Of a stretch of DNA of 64,000 nucleotides, positions 1 through 10,189 are shown one piece after another. Both the position numbers and the translations under genes were made by a program. Numbering within the stretch: the stretch's first letter is position 1; every line of letters begins with the position of its first letter. This DNA is from Nitrosopumilus sp. (GTDB lineage Archaea; Thermoproteota; Nitrososphaeria; Nitrososphaerales; Nitrosopumilaceae). The DNA lies in the NCBI GenBank assembly GCA_963667665.2, contig OY763927.2, positions 992,001 to 1,056,000 of the forward strand. The letters run 5' to 3'. Under the pieces are notes generated by a model. The model was not told where the DNA came from and ran no database searches. It worked only from the letters and a program-made list of their open reading frames with translations.

Positions 1-1
1 T

Positions 2-205
2 CTAACACTATTAGCAAAAGCAAACAAAACATCACCGGATTCTGCTGCAGCAGCGACTCTGATTGAGGCATTAAATCGATTCTATGAAATGGACATAGAC
101 ACAACAGAGCTTCAAGAAGACAAAGAAAGAATTAGTTCAGAATTCAGTGAATTATCTCAAAAGTATGTAGAACACAGAGAAGAGACATCTGGAATGTACA
201 TGTGA
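2..205 (+). CDS. Partial (5'-truncated) PAC2-family proteasome assembly chaperone
   Basis: Read by hand: LTLLAKANKTSPDSAAAATLIEALNRFYEMDIDTTELQEDKE...SGMYM*. The PDxxAA motif and C-terminal MYM (HbYX-like) tail are typical of archaeal PAC2/PbaA-B. Confidence 0.7.
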   Translation, partial: LTLLAKANKTSPDSAAAATLIEALNRFYEMDIDTTELQEDKERISSEFSELSQKYVEHREETSGMYM

Positions 206-254
206 TTAAAACTACAAGCAAATTCTTTTATTCACAGCATATACGCATCAAACT

Positions 255-1277
255 ATGGCTCTAACCTACAAAAAAGCAGGTGTAGACATTTCTAAAATTA
301 AACAAAGCCAGGCAGCAATTGGCAAACTAATTACATCAACTCACAAGCTTCAGAAAAAAGCAAAGATTGCACATGGATTTGGACATTATGCAGGAATTGT
401 AGAGATTCCAGGTGGTAAACTTTTGGCTACCCATACAGATGGCGTTGGAACCAAAGTAGTAATTGCAAATATGATGAAAAAATATGACACAATAGGAATT
501 GATTGTATTGCAATGAATGTTAATGATATAATCTGTATTGGTGCAACACCAATCTCATTTGTAGATTATATTGCTGCAAACAAAAATGATGTGAAGTTAT
601 TTAAAAAAATTGTCGAAGGATTGGTCAAAGGTGCAAAAAAAGCAGCAGTTCCAATTGTTGGAGGAGAAACTGCAATAATGCCAGATTTAATTTCAGGTAA
701 AGAATTTTCATTTGATTTAGCTGGAATGGTTTTAGGATTAGTTTCAAAAAAAGAAATGGTTTTAGGAAATAAAATAAAAGTAGGGGACATTATCATCGGT
801 GTAAAAAGTTCCGGAATTCATTCAAATGGTTATTCACTTGCAAGAAAAGCATTATTAACAAAATATTCTATAAAAGATAAAATTAAAGGAGTAGGAATGT
901 TAGGAAATGCATTACTTACCCCTACAGAAATTTATGTAAAACCAGTTTTAGAAGCAAATCAAAAATGCAAAGTTAATGGTTTAGCACATATCACAGGAGG
1001 TTCATTTACAAAACTACTACGACTAAAAAATATTGGATATGAGATTGATTCCTTACCAAAAATTCCACCAATAATGGGCCTGATTGAAGAACAAGGAGTA
1101 AAACCAGAGGAAATGTACAAGACATTTAACATGGGTGTTGGTTTTTGTTTGATCTCACCACAAAGTGAAGTTAAAAAAATAAGAAAAATTTTCAAAAAAC
1201 ACAAAATAAGCACATATGAAATTGGTCACATTAGTAAAAAGAAAGGCGTCGTTGTAAACTCTAAAAAAATAGCATAA
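255..1277 (+). CDS. purM: Phosphoribosylformylglycinamidine cyclo-ligase (AIR synthetase)
   Basis: Motifs YKKAGVD, TDGVGTK, GGETA, SSGIHSNGYSL, HITGG and TFNMGVG. Confidence 0.97.
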   Translation: MALTYKKAGVDISKIKQSQAAIGKLITSTHKLQKKAKIAHGFGHYAGIVEIPGGKLLATHTDGVGTKVVIANMMKKYDTIGIDCIAMNVNDIICIGATPISFVDYIAANKNDVKLFKKIVEGLVKGAKKAAVPIVGGETAIMPDLISGKEFSFDLAGMVLGLVSKKEMVLGNKIKVGDIIIGVKSSGIHSNGYSLARKALLTKYSIKDKIKGVGMLGNALLTPTEIYVKPVLEANQKCKVNGLAHITGGSFTKLLRLKNIGYEIDSLPKIPPIMGLIEEQGVKPEEMYKTFNMGVGFCLISPQSEVKKIRKIFKKHKISTYEIGHISKKKGVVVNSKKIA

Positions 1278-1312
1278 ATAGCCTCAATCTTAATCAAAAT
1301 CGGTTAATTAGA

Positions 1313-2725
1313 TTGCAGAAAATTATGCCAATAATTGGAATCACGCTTGTTGCTGTAGTCATTATGATGTTTACATTACCCGAGATGATTGGGTTAGAGT
1401 TTACAGTTGCAATGGCGTTAACCATGTCTGTTTTGATGGGAATTTACGTGATTTTAGTTACAGAAGTAATTCACAGAACAGCACTTGCGATGATTGGCGC
1501 ACTCATCATTATTATTGTTCTAATTTACACGGGTCTAATTCCTGCACATGATAGTGTTGACTTTGTAATAGGATCCATTGACTTCAACACAATTGGATTA
1601 CTTTTGGGAATGATGATAATTGTTGGAATTCTTGGAGAGACAGGGATTTTTCAATATATAGGAATTAAGGCAGCAAAACTTGCCAAGGGAAATGTCTGGA
1701 AGCTTATGATATTGTTGTCAGTTATTACAGCAGTAGGTTCTGCATTTTTGGATAATGTTACTATGGTTCTTCTTATAGTCCCTGTAACTATTTCTGTTGC
1801 AAGAATTCTCAACATAAATCCAATATCTATCATTCTTGCAGAAATTTTTGCATCAAACATTGGTGGTGCCGCTACTCTAATTGGTGATCCTCCCAACATT
1901 ATAATTGCATCTGCTGCAAATCTTGATTTTATGAGTTTTGCATACCACATGACTCCAGAAGTTATTATCACATTTTTAGCATCTTTAGTTATTCTCAAAC
2001 TCTTGTTTAGAAAAGATCTTAAACAAAAGCCCGAGAATGTTGAGAAACTAATGCAAATTGATGAAAAAAAAGAAATCAAAGATCCTGCACTACTCAAAAA
2101 AAGTGCGATAGTTTTAATCGGAGTAGTTATTGCATTTATGTTCCATGGAGTTTTAGATGTTGAAGTTTCAATTATTGCATTGGCCGGAGCTGCAATTCTT
2201 TTGGTAATTACAAAAATTCATCCAGGAAAAGCATTTGTTCATGTAGAATGGACTACCTTGATGTTTTTCGCAGGATTGTTCATTATTGTATCAGGTGTTG
2301 AATTAACAGGAGCACTGGAACTCTTTGCTCATCAAATAGTTACTGCAACTGGAGGTAATTTTGAAGCAACAGCAGTCATGATTATATGGTCATCCGCATT
2401 TGCTTCAGCATTTGTGGACAATATCCCATATACTGCCACAATGATTCCAATTATTGAAAACATTTCACTAGACCCAAACATAGCAAATAGGTTAGATACT
2501 CTCGATTTCAATCCTTTGTGGTATGCATTAGCAATAGGTGCAGATTTTGGAGGAAATGGAACTTTAATTGGTGCAAGTGCAAATCTTGTAGCCATTGCAG
2601 TTATGGAAAGGCACGGTTATCGAATGGCATTCAAAGATTTCATCATAAAAGGAATGCCATTCATGATTGCAACAACAGCAATTGGTACAGGTGTGTATCT
2701 AGTAAGATTGATGTTAAATGTATAA
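1313..2725 (+). CDS. ArsB/NhaD (IT superfamily) anion/cation permease
   Basis: Polytopic membrane protein with SAFLDNVT, SNIGGAATLIGDPPNIII, SAFVDNIP and GGNGTLIGASAN motifs. Confidence 0.85.
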   Translation: MQKIMPIIGITLVAVVIMMFTLPEMIGLEFTVAMALTMSVLMGIYVILVTEVIHRTALAMIGALIIIIVLIYTGLIPAHDSVDFVIGSIDFNTIGLLLGMMIIVGILGETGIFQYIGIKAAKLAKGNVWKLMILLSVITAVGSAFLDNVTMVLLIVPVTISVARILNINPISIILAEIFASNIGGAATLIGDPPNIIIASAANLDFMSFAYHMTPEVIITFLASLVILKLLFRKDLKQKPENVEKLMQIDEKKEIKDPALLKKSAIVLIGVVIAFMFHGVLDVEVSIIALAGAAILLVITKIHPGKAFVHVEWTTLMFFAGLFIIVSGVELTGALELFAHQIVTATGGNFEATAVMIIWSSAFASAFVDNIPYTATMIPIIENISLDPNIANRLDTLDFNPLWYALAIGADFGGNGTLIGASANLVAIAVMERHGYRMAFKDFIIKGMPFMIATTAIGTGVYLVRLMLNV

Positions 2726-2767
2726 CAATATCTTTGGCTTTTTATTTGAGATGAATTGGTGTAAAGT

Positions 2768-3067
2768 ATGGTATTAGAAAAAGAATTCAAAGATAAAATA
2801 AGTTCGTTGATTGATGAATGTCTTATTCCTCATGGAATTCAGACACATGAATGTGATCAGGGACATTGGAAATTTAGATCTGAAGAAGATTTCAAGTATG
2901 GTCATAAAGCTGGCATAGTAATGGGAATAACTATGGGATATTATATTGCAAAATATGGTAAACTTCCTGCAAATGAAGATTTAACGGAAATGACAGAAAT
3001 GATTGAATTACGTAAAGATGAGATTAAAAAAAGTTTTGATGACATACACTTTTTCTATAAAGTATAG
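2768..3067 (+). CDS. Hypothetical protein (EDFxYG motif)
   Basis: 99-aa ORF; shares a W..(S/N)E.DF.YG...G motif with 8556..8855. Confidence 0.7.
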   Translation: MVLEKEFKDKISSLIDECLIPHGIQTHECDQGHWKFRSEEDFKYGHKAGIVMGITMGYYIAKYGKLPANEDLTEMTEMIELRKDEIKKSFDDIHFFYKV

Positions 3068-3183
3068 ATCATAACATCAACAATTTTGTGCTTAAAAAAA
3101 ATCAGCAATAATAATTTAGTTAGTTTACTTAAACTAAAAGTCATAAAGTCTTAAATTATATAAAAAAATGGAAATGACAAGAA

Positions 3184-3447
3184 ATGTCAGCAGAAATAAG
3201 CAATGATTCATTCAGAGCAAATATGATTGCGCAAATTAAAGAAATTCAGGAGACACTAAACGAATTAAAAACTATCAAAAGAAAGACTGTAAAGAGAAAA
3301 CCAGCTAAGAGAAGAACTAAAGCTAAAAGAAAGACTGTAAAGAGAAACCCAGCTAAGAGAAGAACTAAAGCTAAAAGAAAGACTGTAAAGAGAAACCCAA
3401 CTAAGAGAAGAACTAAAGCTAAAAGAAAGACCAGTAGACAAAGATAG
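3184..3447 (+). CDS. Very basic histone H1-like repeat protein
   Basis: Short coiled-coil N-terminus followed by three KRKTVKRxPxKRRTKA repeats; AT-rich TATA-like tract upstream. Confidence 0.7.
   Translation: MSAEISNDSFRANMIAQIKEIQETLNELKTIKRKTVKRKPAKRRTKAKRKTVKRNPAKRRTKAKRKTVKRNPTKRRTKAKRKTSRQR
3277..3431 (+). repeat. 48-bp coding tandem repeat, about 3.2 copies
   Basis: Unit AAAAGAAAGACTGTAAAGAGAAAnCCAnCTAAGAGAAGAACTAAAGCT at 3277, 3325 and 3373, partial at 3421. Confidence 0.95.
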
Positions 3448-3503
3448 ATACCAGGTAAGCCAAATTATTTAACGAATTTATGTCCAAATCAGTATGATAA
3501 TTC

Positions 3504-5090
3504 ATGATTAACCTAGATTCTGTTTTTTCTAAAGCATGTAGTGAAATCACTCAGAACCTACTCACAATTAATGAGCCTAGCAAAAAGCAGGTGAAACAAG
3601 AAATTATAAAAATCTGTGCCAAATATTCACTTGAAAGAATTCCAAGAAATTATGAAATTTTATCAATGGCAAAGGAATCAGATTTCAATAAATTAAGAAA
3701 AGTATTATTGAAAAAGCCAGTTAAAACAGCATCAGGAGTAGCAGTAATTGCACTCATGCCAAAACCATATGCATGTCCACATGGAAGATGTACATATTGT
3801 CCAGGTGGAATTGAATTTAACACACCAAACAGTTACACAGGAAAAGAACCATCCACATTAAATGCAATAGGAAATCAATATGATCCTAAATTACAAATCT
3901 TGTCAAAGATTGACAAGTTGGTTACATTTGGACATGACACATCTAAAATGGAGATTGTAATTGTTGGAGGTACTTTTCTCTTTATGCCAAAAGACTATCA
4001 AGAAAATTTTATCAAATCATGTTATGATGCACTAAATGGAACAGATTCAAAAAATTTGCAAGAAGCTAAATCAAATAACGAACATGCAGAAATAAGAAAT
4101 GTAGGATTCACAATTGAAACAAAACCAGACTATTGTAAGAAAAAAGATATAGATTTAATGTTAAGTTATGGAATAACAAGAATAGAGATTGGTGTTCAAT
4201 CATTACAAGAAAGAGTATATCAAATAGTTAACAGAGGTCACAACTACAATGATGTGACAGAATCATTTCAAATTTCAAAAGATGCAGGTTACAAAATTGT
4301 TGCACATATGATGCCAGGTTTACCTACAATGACTCCAGAAGAAGACGTTGCTGATTTTAAAAAACTATTTTCTGATTCACAGTTACGACCAGACATGTTG
4401 AAAATTTATCCATCATTAGTAATTGAAAATACACCGCTCTATGAAGAATACAAACAAGGAAAATACATTCCATACTCTGATGAAGACATGATCAATGTAT
4501 TAACAGAAGCAAAAAAGAATGTTCCAAAATGGGTTAGAATTATGCGTGTACAAAGGGAAATTTCTCCAAATGAGATTATTGCTGGACCAAAATCAGGTAA
4601 CCTAAGACAAATTGTCCATCAAAACTTAGCCAAACAGGGACTTTCATGTAGATGTATCAGATGCAGAGAAGTGGGCCTCTCTAACAAAAAATCAGATGTA
4701 GGCGAGGTGAAACTAAACAGAATAGATTATGATTCCTCAGATGGAAAAGAGGTGTTTTTGTCTTATGAAGACAAAAATGAATCCATTTACGGATTTTTGA
4801 GATTAAGAAAACCAAGCATTAATGCTCACAGAGATGAGATTAAACAAGACACGTGTATTGTAAGAGAAATTCACGTCTATGGAAAATCACTGAAACTTGG
4901 AGAGAAAGAAGAGAATGAAGTTCAACATTCAGGACTAGGAAAAAATTTGATGAAAGAAGCAGAAAAAATTTCGAAAGAAGAATTTGATGCAAAGAAAATT
5001 TTAGTAATCAGTGCAGTTGGCACCAGAGAATATTATCAAAAGTTAGGGTATTCGTTATATGGGCCATACATGTCGAAAACATTGAACTAG
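3504..5090 (+). CDS. elp3: tRNA uridine(34) acetyltransferase (radical SAM plus KAT)
   Basis: KTASGVAV, CPHGRCTYCPGG, TIETKPD, CRCIRCRE, REIHVYG, QHSGLG and VISAVGTREYY motifs. Confidence 0.95.
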   Translation: MINLDSVFSKACSEITQNLLTINEPSKKQVKQEIIKICAKYSLERIPRNYEILSMAKESDFNKLRKVLLKKPVKTASGVAVIALMPKPYACPHGRCTYCPGGIEFNTPNSYTGKEPSTLNAIGNQYDPKLQILSKIDKLVTFGHDTSKMEIVIVGGTFLFMPKDYQENFIKSCYDALNGTDSKNLQEAKSNNEHAEIRNVGFTIETKPDYCKKKDIDLMLSYGITRIEIGVQSLQERVYQIVNRGHNYNDVTESFQISKDAGYKIVAHMMPGLPTMTPEEDVADFKKLFSDSQLRPDMLKIYPSLVIENTPLYEEYKQGKYIPYSDEDMINVLTEAKKNVPKWVRIMRVQREISPNEIIAGPKSGNLRQIVHQNLAKQGLSCRCIRCREVGLSNKKSDVGEVKLNRIDYDSSDGKEVFLSYEDKNESIYGFLRLRKPSINAHRDEIKQDTCIVREIHVYGKSLKLGEKEENEVQHSGLGKNLMKEAEKISKEEFDAKKILVISAVGTREYYQKLGYSLYGPYMSKTLN

Positions 5091-5099
5091 TGAAAAGAA

Positions 5100-6689
5100 A
5101 TGTCAGATCAAAAAGTTATCGGGAAAGGAACTTGGATAGATAAATTAGCTTTTGAATTACTTGAACGTGAAAAATCTCTTGGAAGAAATTTAGATATTCT
5201 TAGAGTGGAAAGTGGTCTTGGTGCATCAGGAATCCCACACATTGGAAGTTTAGGTGATGCAGTAAGAGCATACGGAGTTAAATTAGCATTAGAAAATTTA
5301 GGACACAAATCAGAACTAATTGCTTATTCAGATGATCTTGATGGATTAAGAAAAATTCCAGAAGGGATGCAAGAGTTTGGGTTAGAAGGACATATTGCTA
5401 AACCAGTATCATTAATTCCTGATCCTTATGGATGTCATGACTCCTATGGAATGCACATGAGCAGTATTCTTTTAGATGGACTTGACAAAGTAGGAATAAA
5501 GTACGAGTTTAGAAGAGCTGTTGACACTTACAAACAAGGATTACTAAAAGATCAAATCCATACAATCTTGCAAAACAGTACAAAGATTGGAGAAAAAATT
5601 GCAGAACTTGTTGGACAAGAAAAATACCAAAAATATCTACCATATTTTCCAGTTTGTGCCAATTGTAGTCGTCTATACACAGCAGAATCTACAGAATACA
5701 TTGCAGATGAAAGAAAAGTAAAGTACAGATGTCATGACGTTGAAATTGGCTCAAAAATTATCAAAGGATGTGGTCATGATGGAGAAGCAGACATCACAAA
5801 AGACCTTGGGAAATTAGCCTGGAAAGTTGAATTTGCAGCAAGATGGTCAGCATTTGATATCAGATTTGAAGCATATGGAAAAGACATAATGGATTCTGTA
5901 AAAGTAAATGATTGGGTTGCAGATGAAATTTTAGGATTTGCACATCCTCATCATGTAAAATATGAAATGTTCTTAGACAAAGGAGGAAAAAAGATTTCAA
6001 AATCATTAGGCAATGTCATAACTGCACAAAAATGGTTAGAGTTTGGTAGTCCAAAATCAATTTTATTATTATTATACAAAAGAATTACAGGTGCACGAGA
6101 ACTAGGATTTGAAGATATTCCATCTTTGATGAATGAATACAATGAATTAGAAGACACTTACTTTGGAAGAATCAAAATAGATAATCAAGCCAAACTAACA
6201 AAATTAAAAGGCCTCTATGAATATGTAAATTTACTTAGTCCTCCAAAACAATCAAGCATACATGTTAACTATAGACTATTAATAGAATTAACAAAAATCT
6301 TCAAAGAAGATAGAGGAGAAAGAGTAATGAAAAAATTGCTAGACTATGGAGTAATAAAAAATCCTGAGCAAGAAATTAAAAAACTCATTGTTCTTGCAGG
6401 TAACTTTTCAGATGAGTTTGATCAACAAGAAAAAATACAAGTGGATTTAGATAATTCTGCAAAAACTGCATTAAAGATACTTGTAGATGAACTTGGTGCA
6501 GAAAAGGAACCAGAAGACATTCAAAATACAATTTATCAGATTGCAAAATCAAATGATGTACAACCAAAAGATTTCTTTAAAATATTATATCAAATAATAT
6601 TGGGAACATCAAGAGGACCAAAGATAGGACCATTCATCTCAGACATTGGAAGAAAACAAGTAGCAAAAACACTTTCAGAGTATACGTAA
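5100..6689 (+). CDS. lysS: Lysine-tRNA ligase, class I
   Basis: SGIPHIGS (HIGH-like) and KISKSLGN (KMSKS-like) motifs; C-terminal RGPKIGPF. Confidence 0.95.
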   Translation: MSDQKVIGKGTWIDKLAFELLEREKSLGRNLDILRVESGLGASGIPHIGSLGDAVRAYGVKLALENLGHKSELIAYSDDLDGLRKIPEGMQEFGLEGHIAKPVSLIPDPYGCHDSYGMHMSSILLDGLDKVGIKYEFRRAVDTYKQGLLKDQIHTILQNSTKIGEKIAELVGQEKYQKYLPYFPVCANCSRLYTAESTEYIADERKVKYRCHDVEIGSKIIKGCGHDGEADITKDLGKLAWKVEFAARWSAFDIRFEAYGKDIMDSVKVNDWVADEILGFAHPHHVKYEMFLDKGGKKISKSLGNVITAQKWLEFGSPKSILLLLYKRITGARELGFEDIPSLMNEYNELEDTYFGRIKIDNQAKLTKLKGLYEYVNLLSPPKQSSIHVNYRLLIELTKIFKEDRGERVMKKLLDYGVIKNPEQEIKKLIVLAGNFSDEFDQQEKIQVDLDNSAKTALKILVDELGAEKEPEDIQNTIYQIAKSNDVQPKDFFKILYQIILGTSRGPKIGPFISDIGRKQVAKTLSEYT

Positions 6690-6691
6690 TC

Positions 6692-6892
6692 ATGGTTCAC
6701 GGAGAACATAATAGATCAAGAAATAATGGTGGATTTGCTCTGATAATTTTAGGAGCATTATTACTATTTCTTGCACCAAATATCTACCCAGAAATGCCAG
6801 GATTAGGCATGATTGCATTGTTTGGAGGAGTAATTATTGGTATTATTGGATTTTATCTCAAATTTTTTAGAGACCGAGTCAAGCATGAGTAA
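6692..6892 (+). CDS. Small two-TM membrane protein
   Basis: 66 aa with two hydrophobic segments, starting 2 nt after lysS. Confidence 0.7.
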   Translation: MVHGEHNRSRNNGGFALIILGALLLFLAPNIYPEMPGLGMIALFGGVIIGIIGFYLKFFRDRVKHE

Positions 6893-6920
6893 TGAAAGAT
6901 TCATCTTTTGGAAATAATCA

Positions 6921-7712
6921 GTGAATAATATGGGACTTTTTAGCAAGAAAAATGTAGAAGAAACAATTTCTGATAAAAGTGAAGAATATGTACTAAAAGA
7001 AGAGTTAGAAACCGAAGTAGAAAATATTCAAAAAGAATTTAGAATAAAACAAGAAGAGCTTAATGAAATCACACAAAAAATTAAAACGGTAAAAGAAGAA
7101 TACAATTACATCGTTAGTAATTTAATGGTAGTTAAAAAAGAAATTAATCGAAAAAAAATGGAACTTGATGTAGTTCAAATAGAATATAGAAAAACTGCCG
7201 AGAAGATTAAAAATTCTGAACAGATTAAAGATTCAAAATCAATTGATCAATTTAATAAAACTGAAAAAAACTTTTCAAAAATAAAACAAGAATTGGAAGA
7301 AGTAAAAAAAGAGCATGAAGAAATCAATGAACAAATTTTACAAAAACAATCATTACTACATAGTATAAAAAACCAACAGATAGAATATGAAAAAGAATTA
7401 GATGAAGCAAGATCTAGACTGTATAATGCAAAAGAAGAATTAGAGAAAAAAGATCATTTTCAAGATACAAGTATTCTAACTAAAAAAGAAAAAGAATTCA
7501 TCCAAGGAGATAATTCAAATCAAAAAAGTTCTGCAAGAATTATTGAAGCAGCAAGTGCAGTGGTAGGATCATTAAAATCAAAACTTAACATAACACAAAA
7601 AGAACTAGAGTCACTTCAATTACTTTTAGAAAAAGAAAGAGAAGAGCATGAAAAAACGAAAAAAGAATTAAAAAAACTCAAGGCATCAACAAAGTCATTA
7701 AAAAAATCATAA
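6921..7712 (+). CDS. Coiled-coil hypothetical protein
   Basis: K/E/Q-rich heptad pattern over 263 aa. Confidence 0.75.
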   Translation: MNNMGLFSKKNVEETISDKSEEYVLKEELETEVENIQKEFRIKQEELNEITQKIKTVKEEYNYIVSNLMVVKKEINRKKMELDVVQIEYRKTAEKIKNSEQIKDSKSIDQFNKTEKNFSKIKQELEEVKKEHEEINEQILQKQSLLHSIKNQQIEYEKELDEARSRLYNAKEELEKKDHFQDTSILTKKEKEFIQGDNSNQKSSARIIEAASAVVGSLKSKLNITQKELESLQLLLEKEREEHEKTKKELKKLKASTKSLKKS

Positions 7713-8147
7713 ACTTTCAAAATATTTTTTCCATTTTGATTTTATTTCTTCCTCTGAAATTCCCATATCATATAATGGAGAAGTCACTTCAGATACATCT
7801 GAAACATCAACTAATACAATGGAATTGATTGGACTCTTGATTCCTTTTTTTCTATAATGAGTGAGAATCTCTTCGTATAGAGAATTATCTTTAATAATTC
7901 GAGCCTGCCCTTGGAATAGATAGCCTTTACGTAGAAGAGGATCAATTACATTAATTTCTACATGAGGATTATTTTGTAAATTCTTTATTGTGTCTGGTGA
8001 ACGAATATCTGCAAATGCCAATACATCTGATGTCCAGGCAATGATAGTTCCTTTGGGAGAAATGTTTGGTTTACCATCAGAGCTAACAGTTGCTACATAA
8101 CCTAGCTTTTGAAGATCCAAAAAGTCTTTAATTTCTTGAGTAATCAT
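7707..8147 (-). CDS. Pyridoxamine 5'-phosphate oxidase-like FMN-binding protein
   Basis: YVATVSSDGKPNISPKG and TIKNLQNNPHVEI motifs. Confidence 0.88.
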   Translation of the reverse strand: MITQEIKDFLDLQKLGYVATVSSDGKPNISPKGTIIAWTSDVLAFADIRSPDTIKNLQNNPHVEINVIDPLLRKGYLFQGQARIIKDNSLYEEILTHYRKKGIKSPINSIVLVDVSDVSEVTSPLYDMGISEEEIKSKWKKYFESL

Positions 8148-8192
8148 ATTAATTATTACTACAAATAACTACATTGTAATTAGTTTTCAAAA

Positions 8193-8291
8193 TTAGCGCA
8201 TAAACTCAGCCATTTCTATTGAAAAGAAGAAGAATCCAATTCCTCCTGTAATTAGTGCAATCCAAGCGACAATCTGTTTATTTTTAGACAT
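8193..8291 (-). CDS. 32-aa single-TM microprotein
   Basis: Read by hand: MSKNKQIVAWIALITGGIGFFFFSIEMAEFMR*. Not in the ORF track. Confidence 0.55.
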   Translation of the reverse strand: MSKNKQIVAWIALITGGIGFFFFSIEMAEFMR

Positions 8292-8376
8292 TACGAAGAG
8301 AATACTCGAAACTTACTATTGAATCTAATTGAATTCCCCAGACAATTATAATTAGACTTGCAATAAAGTAGCAATA

Positions 8377-8526
8377 TTGGTAAGCATCAAAGATATTGGA
8401 AAATTTTTCATGTTTATTGTTGGAGGATTAGTGGCTATAATCGTGGGTTCATTTATGATTCGAGGAACAATGCACATGTGGGACAAACCAGAAAATGGAA
8501 AAGAAGATGAAAAAGATAATGACTAA
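8377..8526 (+). CDS. 49-aa single-TM microprotein
   Basis: TTG start; MVSIKDIGKFFMFIVGGLVAIIVGSFMIRGTMHMWDKPENGKEDEKDND*; TTATAATT TATA-like box upstream. Confidence 0.6.
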   Translation: MVSIKDIGKFFMFIVGGLVAIIVGSFMIRGTMHMWDKPENGKEDEKDND

Positions 8527-8555
8527 AAAACAAGTGCTACCAAATAAAATTAGAA

Positions 8556-8855
8556 TTGCTTCAAGACTCTACAATTAGAAAATCACTTGACCAATACATC
8601 AAAAGAAGAATCCAAGAGATACCAACTGAAATTAAACAAACATTTCCATACATCAAACAAATTTGGAAGTGTGATAATGAAGTAGATTTTCTTTATGGAT
8701 ACTATGTTGGAAAAATTGAAGAGGGTTCTTTGCATTATTTACTCAAAGCAACTCGTGCATCAGCTGGTGGTTATGTAGATACTTTTGAAATAAGAGGAAT
8801 TATTGAAACACACAAAAAAGAATTACTAGATACAATAAAATCTTCAATCAATTAG
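8556..8855 (+). CDS. Hypothetical protein (DFLYG motif)
   Basis: 99-aa ORF with WKCDNEVDFLYGYYVG. Confidence 0.75.
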   Translation: MLQDSTIRKSLDQYIKRRIQEIPTEIKQTFPYIKQIWKCDNEVDFLYGYYVGKIEEGSLHYLLKATRASAGGYVDTFEIRGIIETHKKELLDTIKSSIN

Positions 8856-8889
8856 TGAAGTAGAAATACTACATCAATTATGATAAAAC

Positions 8890-9063
8890 ATGGTAGGACC
8901 ACAAGATGGAGGTTTTGGATTTGATCAATCTAAAAAATATACAAATGTAGATAATCTTGAAGTGGTTTGTGTACAATGCCAAGCTGGCCAACACAAAAAG
9001 TGTTTGAAGAAAGCAAAAGAACAAGAAGTATGTGAATGTGAACAGTGTATGATTTACGGCTAG
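8890..9063 (+). CDS. 57-aa Cys-rich (zinc-binding) microprotein
   Basis: MVGPQDGGFGFDQSKKYTNVDNLEVVCVQCQAGQHKKCLKKAKEQEVCECEQCMIYG*. Confidence 0.65.
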   Translation: MVGPQDGGFGFDQSKKYTNVDNLEVVCVQCQAGQHKKCLKKAKEQEVCECEQCMIYG

Positions 9064-9107
9064 ATTGATCAGACAATTATTAATACCATTAAACAACACG
9101 ATCAGAT

Positions 9108-9230
9108 CTGTCAAGTCAATACGAATTCAAATGTGTATTTTGTGGTAAGGAATATGGTTCTGATGTAGTAGAACTAGCATTACATATTGGTAGAGTTCAT
9201 GACCAACCAAGAAATTTGTATATTGATTAA
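9108..9230 (+). CDS. C2H2 zinc-finger microprotein (probable CTG start)
   Basis: (L)SSQYEFKCVFCGKEYGSDVVELALHIGRVHDQPRNLYID*. An in-frame stop lies at 9090-9092 and there is no ATG/GTG/TTG before the finger. Confidence 0.5.
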   Translation: MSSQYEFKCVFCGKEYGSDVVELALHIGRVHDQPRNLYID

Positions 9231-9233
9231 AAA

Positions 9234-9566
9234 TTAAATGCTAGATAACTTGTTTTCTTGTTCCTGAATCTCTTGTTGATATGAATCAGAAACATTTTTA
9301 GCAAATTTTTTGTGTGCTGAAATGATTATAGTTAGTGCCTCCTTGTAATTTGGATGTCCTTTCTTAATTACATCACATGATTCAAGCGAAGTAATATGAC
9401 CTGTAACAGTTGCAATTGCACCTTTATGATTGAATTTTATGATTCCACCAAAGGCCTCAATTAACATGTAAGCAGATTCTGCTTTGCACTTGTAAGTAAC
9501 ACGACCAGTTTCAGTGTTGAATAGTTGTGTAACTCCACCAGGTTTTCTTGTTACAATGACTGTCAT
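9234..9566 (-). CDS. Hypothetical protein
   Basis: 110-aa ORF directly downstream of ferritin on the same strand. Confidence 0.7.
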   Translation of the reverse strand: MTVIVTRKPGGVTQLFNTETGRVTYKCKAESAYMLIEAFGGIIKFNHKGAIATVTGHITSLESCDVIKKGHPNYKEALTIIISAHKKFAKNVSDSYQQEIQEQENKLSSI

Positions 9567-9615
9567 GAGGTATGAAAAAAATATCCAGTATTAATTATTT
9601 TAGAAAAAAGATTTT

Positions 9616-10134
9616 CTAGGCAGTTGCATCAGCTGCTGGTGCTGTAGCATTTGCTGCCAGAGTTTTGTCTATTTCATTTATGGCGATCTTGTCTCGTCCG
9701 ATCAGTTCAAACTTTTGGATCAGCGTTTCAAACTTTGTTTCTTCTTGAACTTGCTCATTGACAAACCATTCTAGAAATGCATACGTTGAATGATCCTTAT
9801 CTTTTTGTGAGATTTCAACCATCTTGTGAATTGCTGCAGTAACTGCTTGTTCGTTCTTTAGTGCAGTCTTAAGAATTGACTCGAGAGATTTAAAATTAGT
9901 TGCAGGTGATTTTGATGCAGAGATCGTTGCAGAGATTCCCAAATTATTTAGATAGTGAATAAATTTTAGCATGTGTGTTCTCTCTTCATCTGACTGTGCA
10001 TAAAAGAAACCAGCACCGCCTTCATATCCTGTAACTTCACACCAGGATGCCATTGCAAGATATGTATTTGATGCGTTTGCTTCAAGAGTGATTTGGTTGT
10101 TTAGTGCTTTTTGCATGTTTTTTGAAATTTTCAT
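9616..10134 (-). CDS. ftnA: Ferritin (non-heme)
   Basis: LNNQITLEANASNTYLAMASW, QSDEERTH, NEQAVT and FLEWFVNEQVQEE ferroxidase motifs. Start placed at MKISKN. Confidence 0.92.
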   Translation of the reverse strand: MKISKNMQKALNNQITLEANASNTYLAMASWCEVTGYEGGAGFFYAQSDEERTHMLKFIHYLNNLGISATISASKSPATNFKSLESILKTALKNEQAVTAAIHKMVEISQKDKDHSTYAFLEWFVNEQVQEETKFETLIQKFELIGRDKIAINEIDKTLAANATAPAADATA

Positions 10135-10189
10135 AATTTTCAAATAATCTTTGTTTGTATCTGTTAAAAACACTTGCTAAAAACTAGAA

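Noticed and set aside
8878-9114. Minus-strand 78-aa ORF
   Set aside because: It is the antisense shadow of a more convincing plus-strand Cys-rich microprotein.
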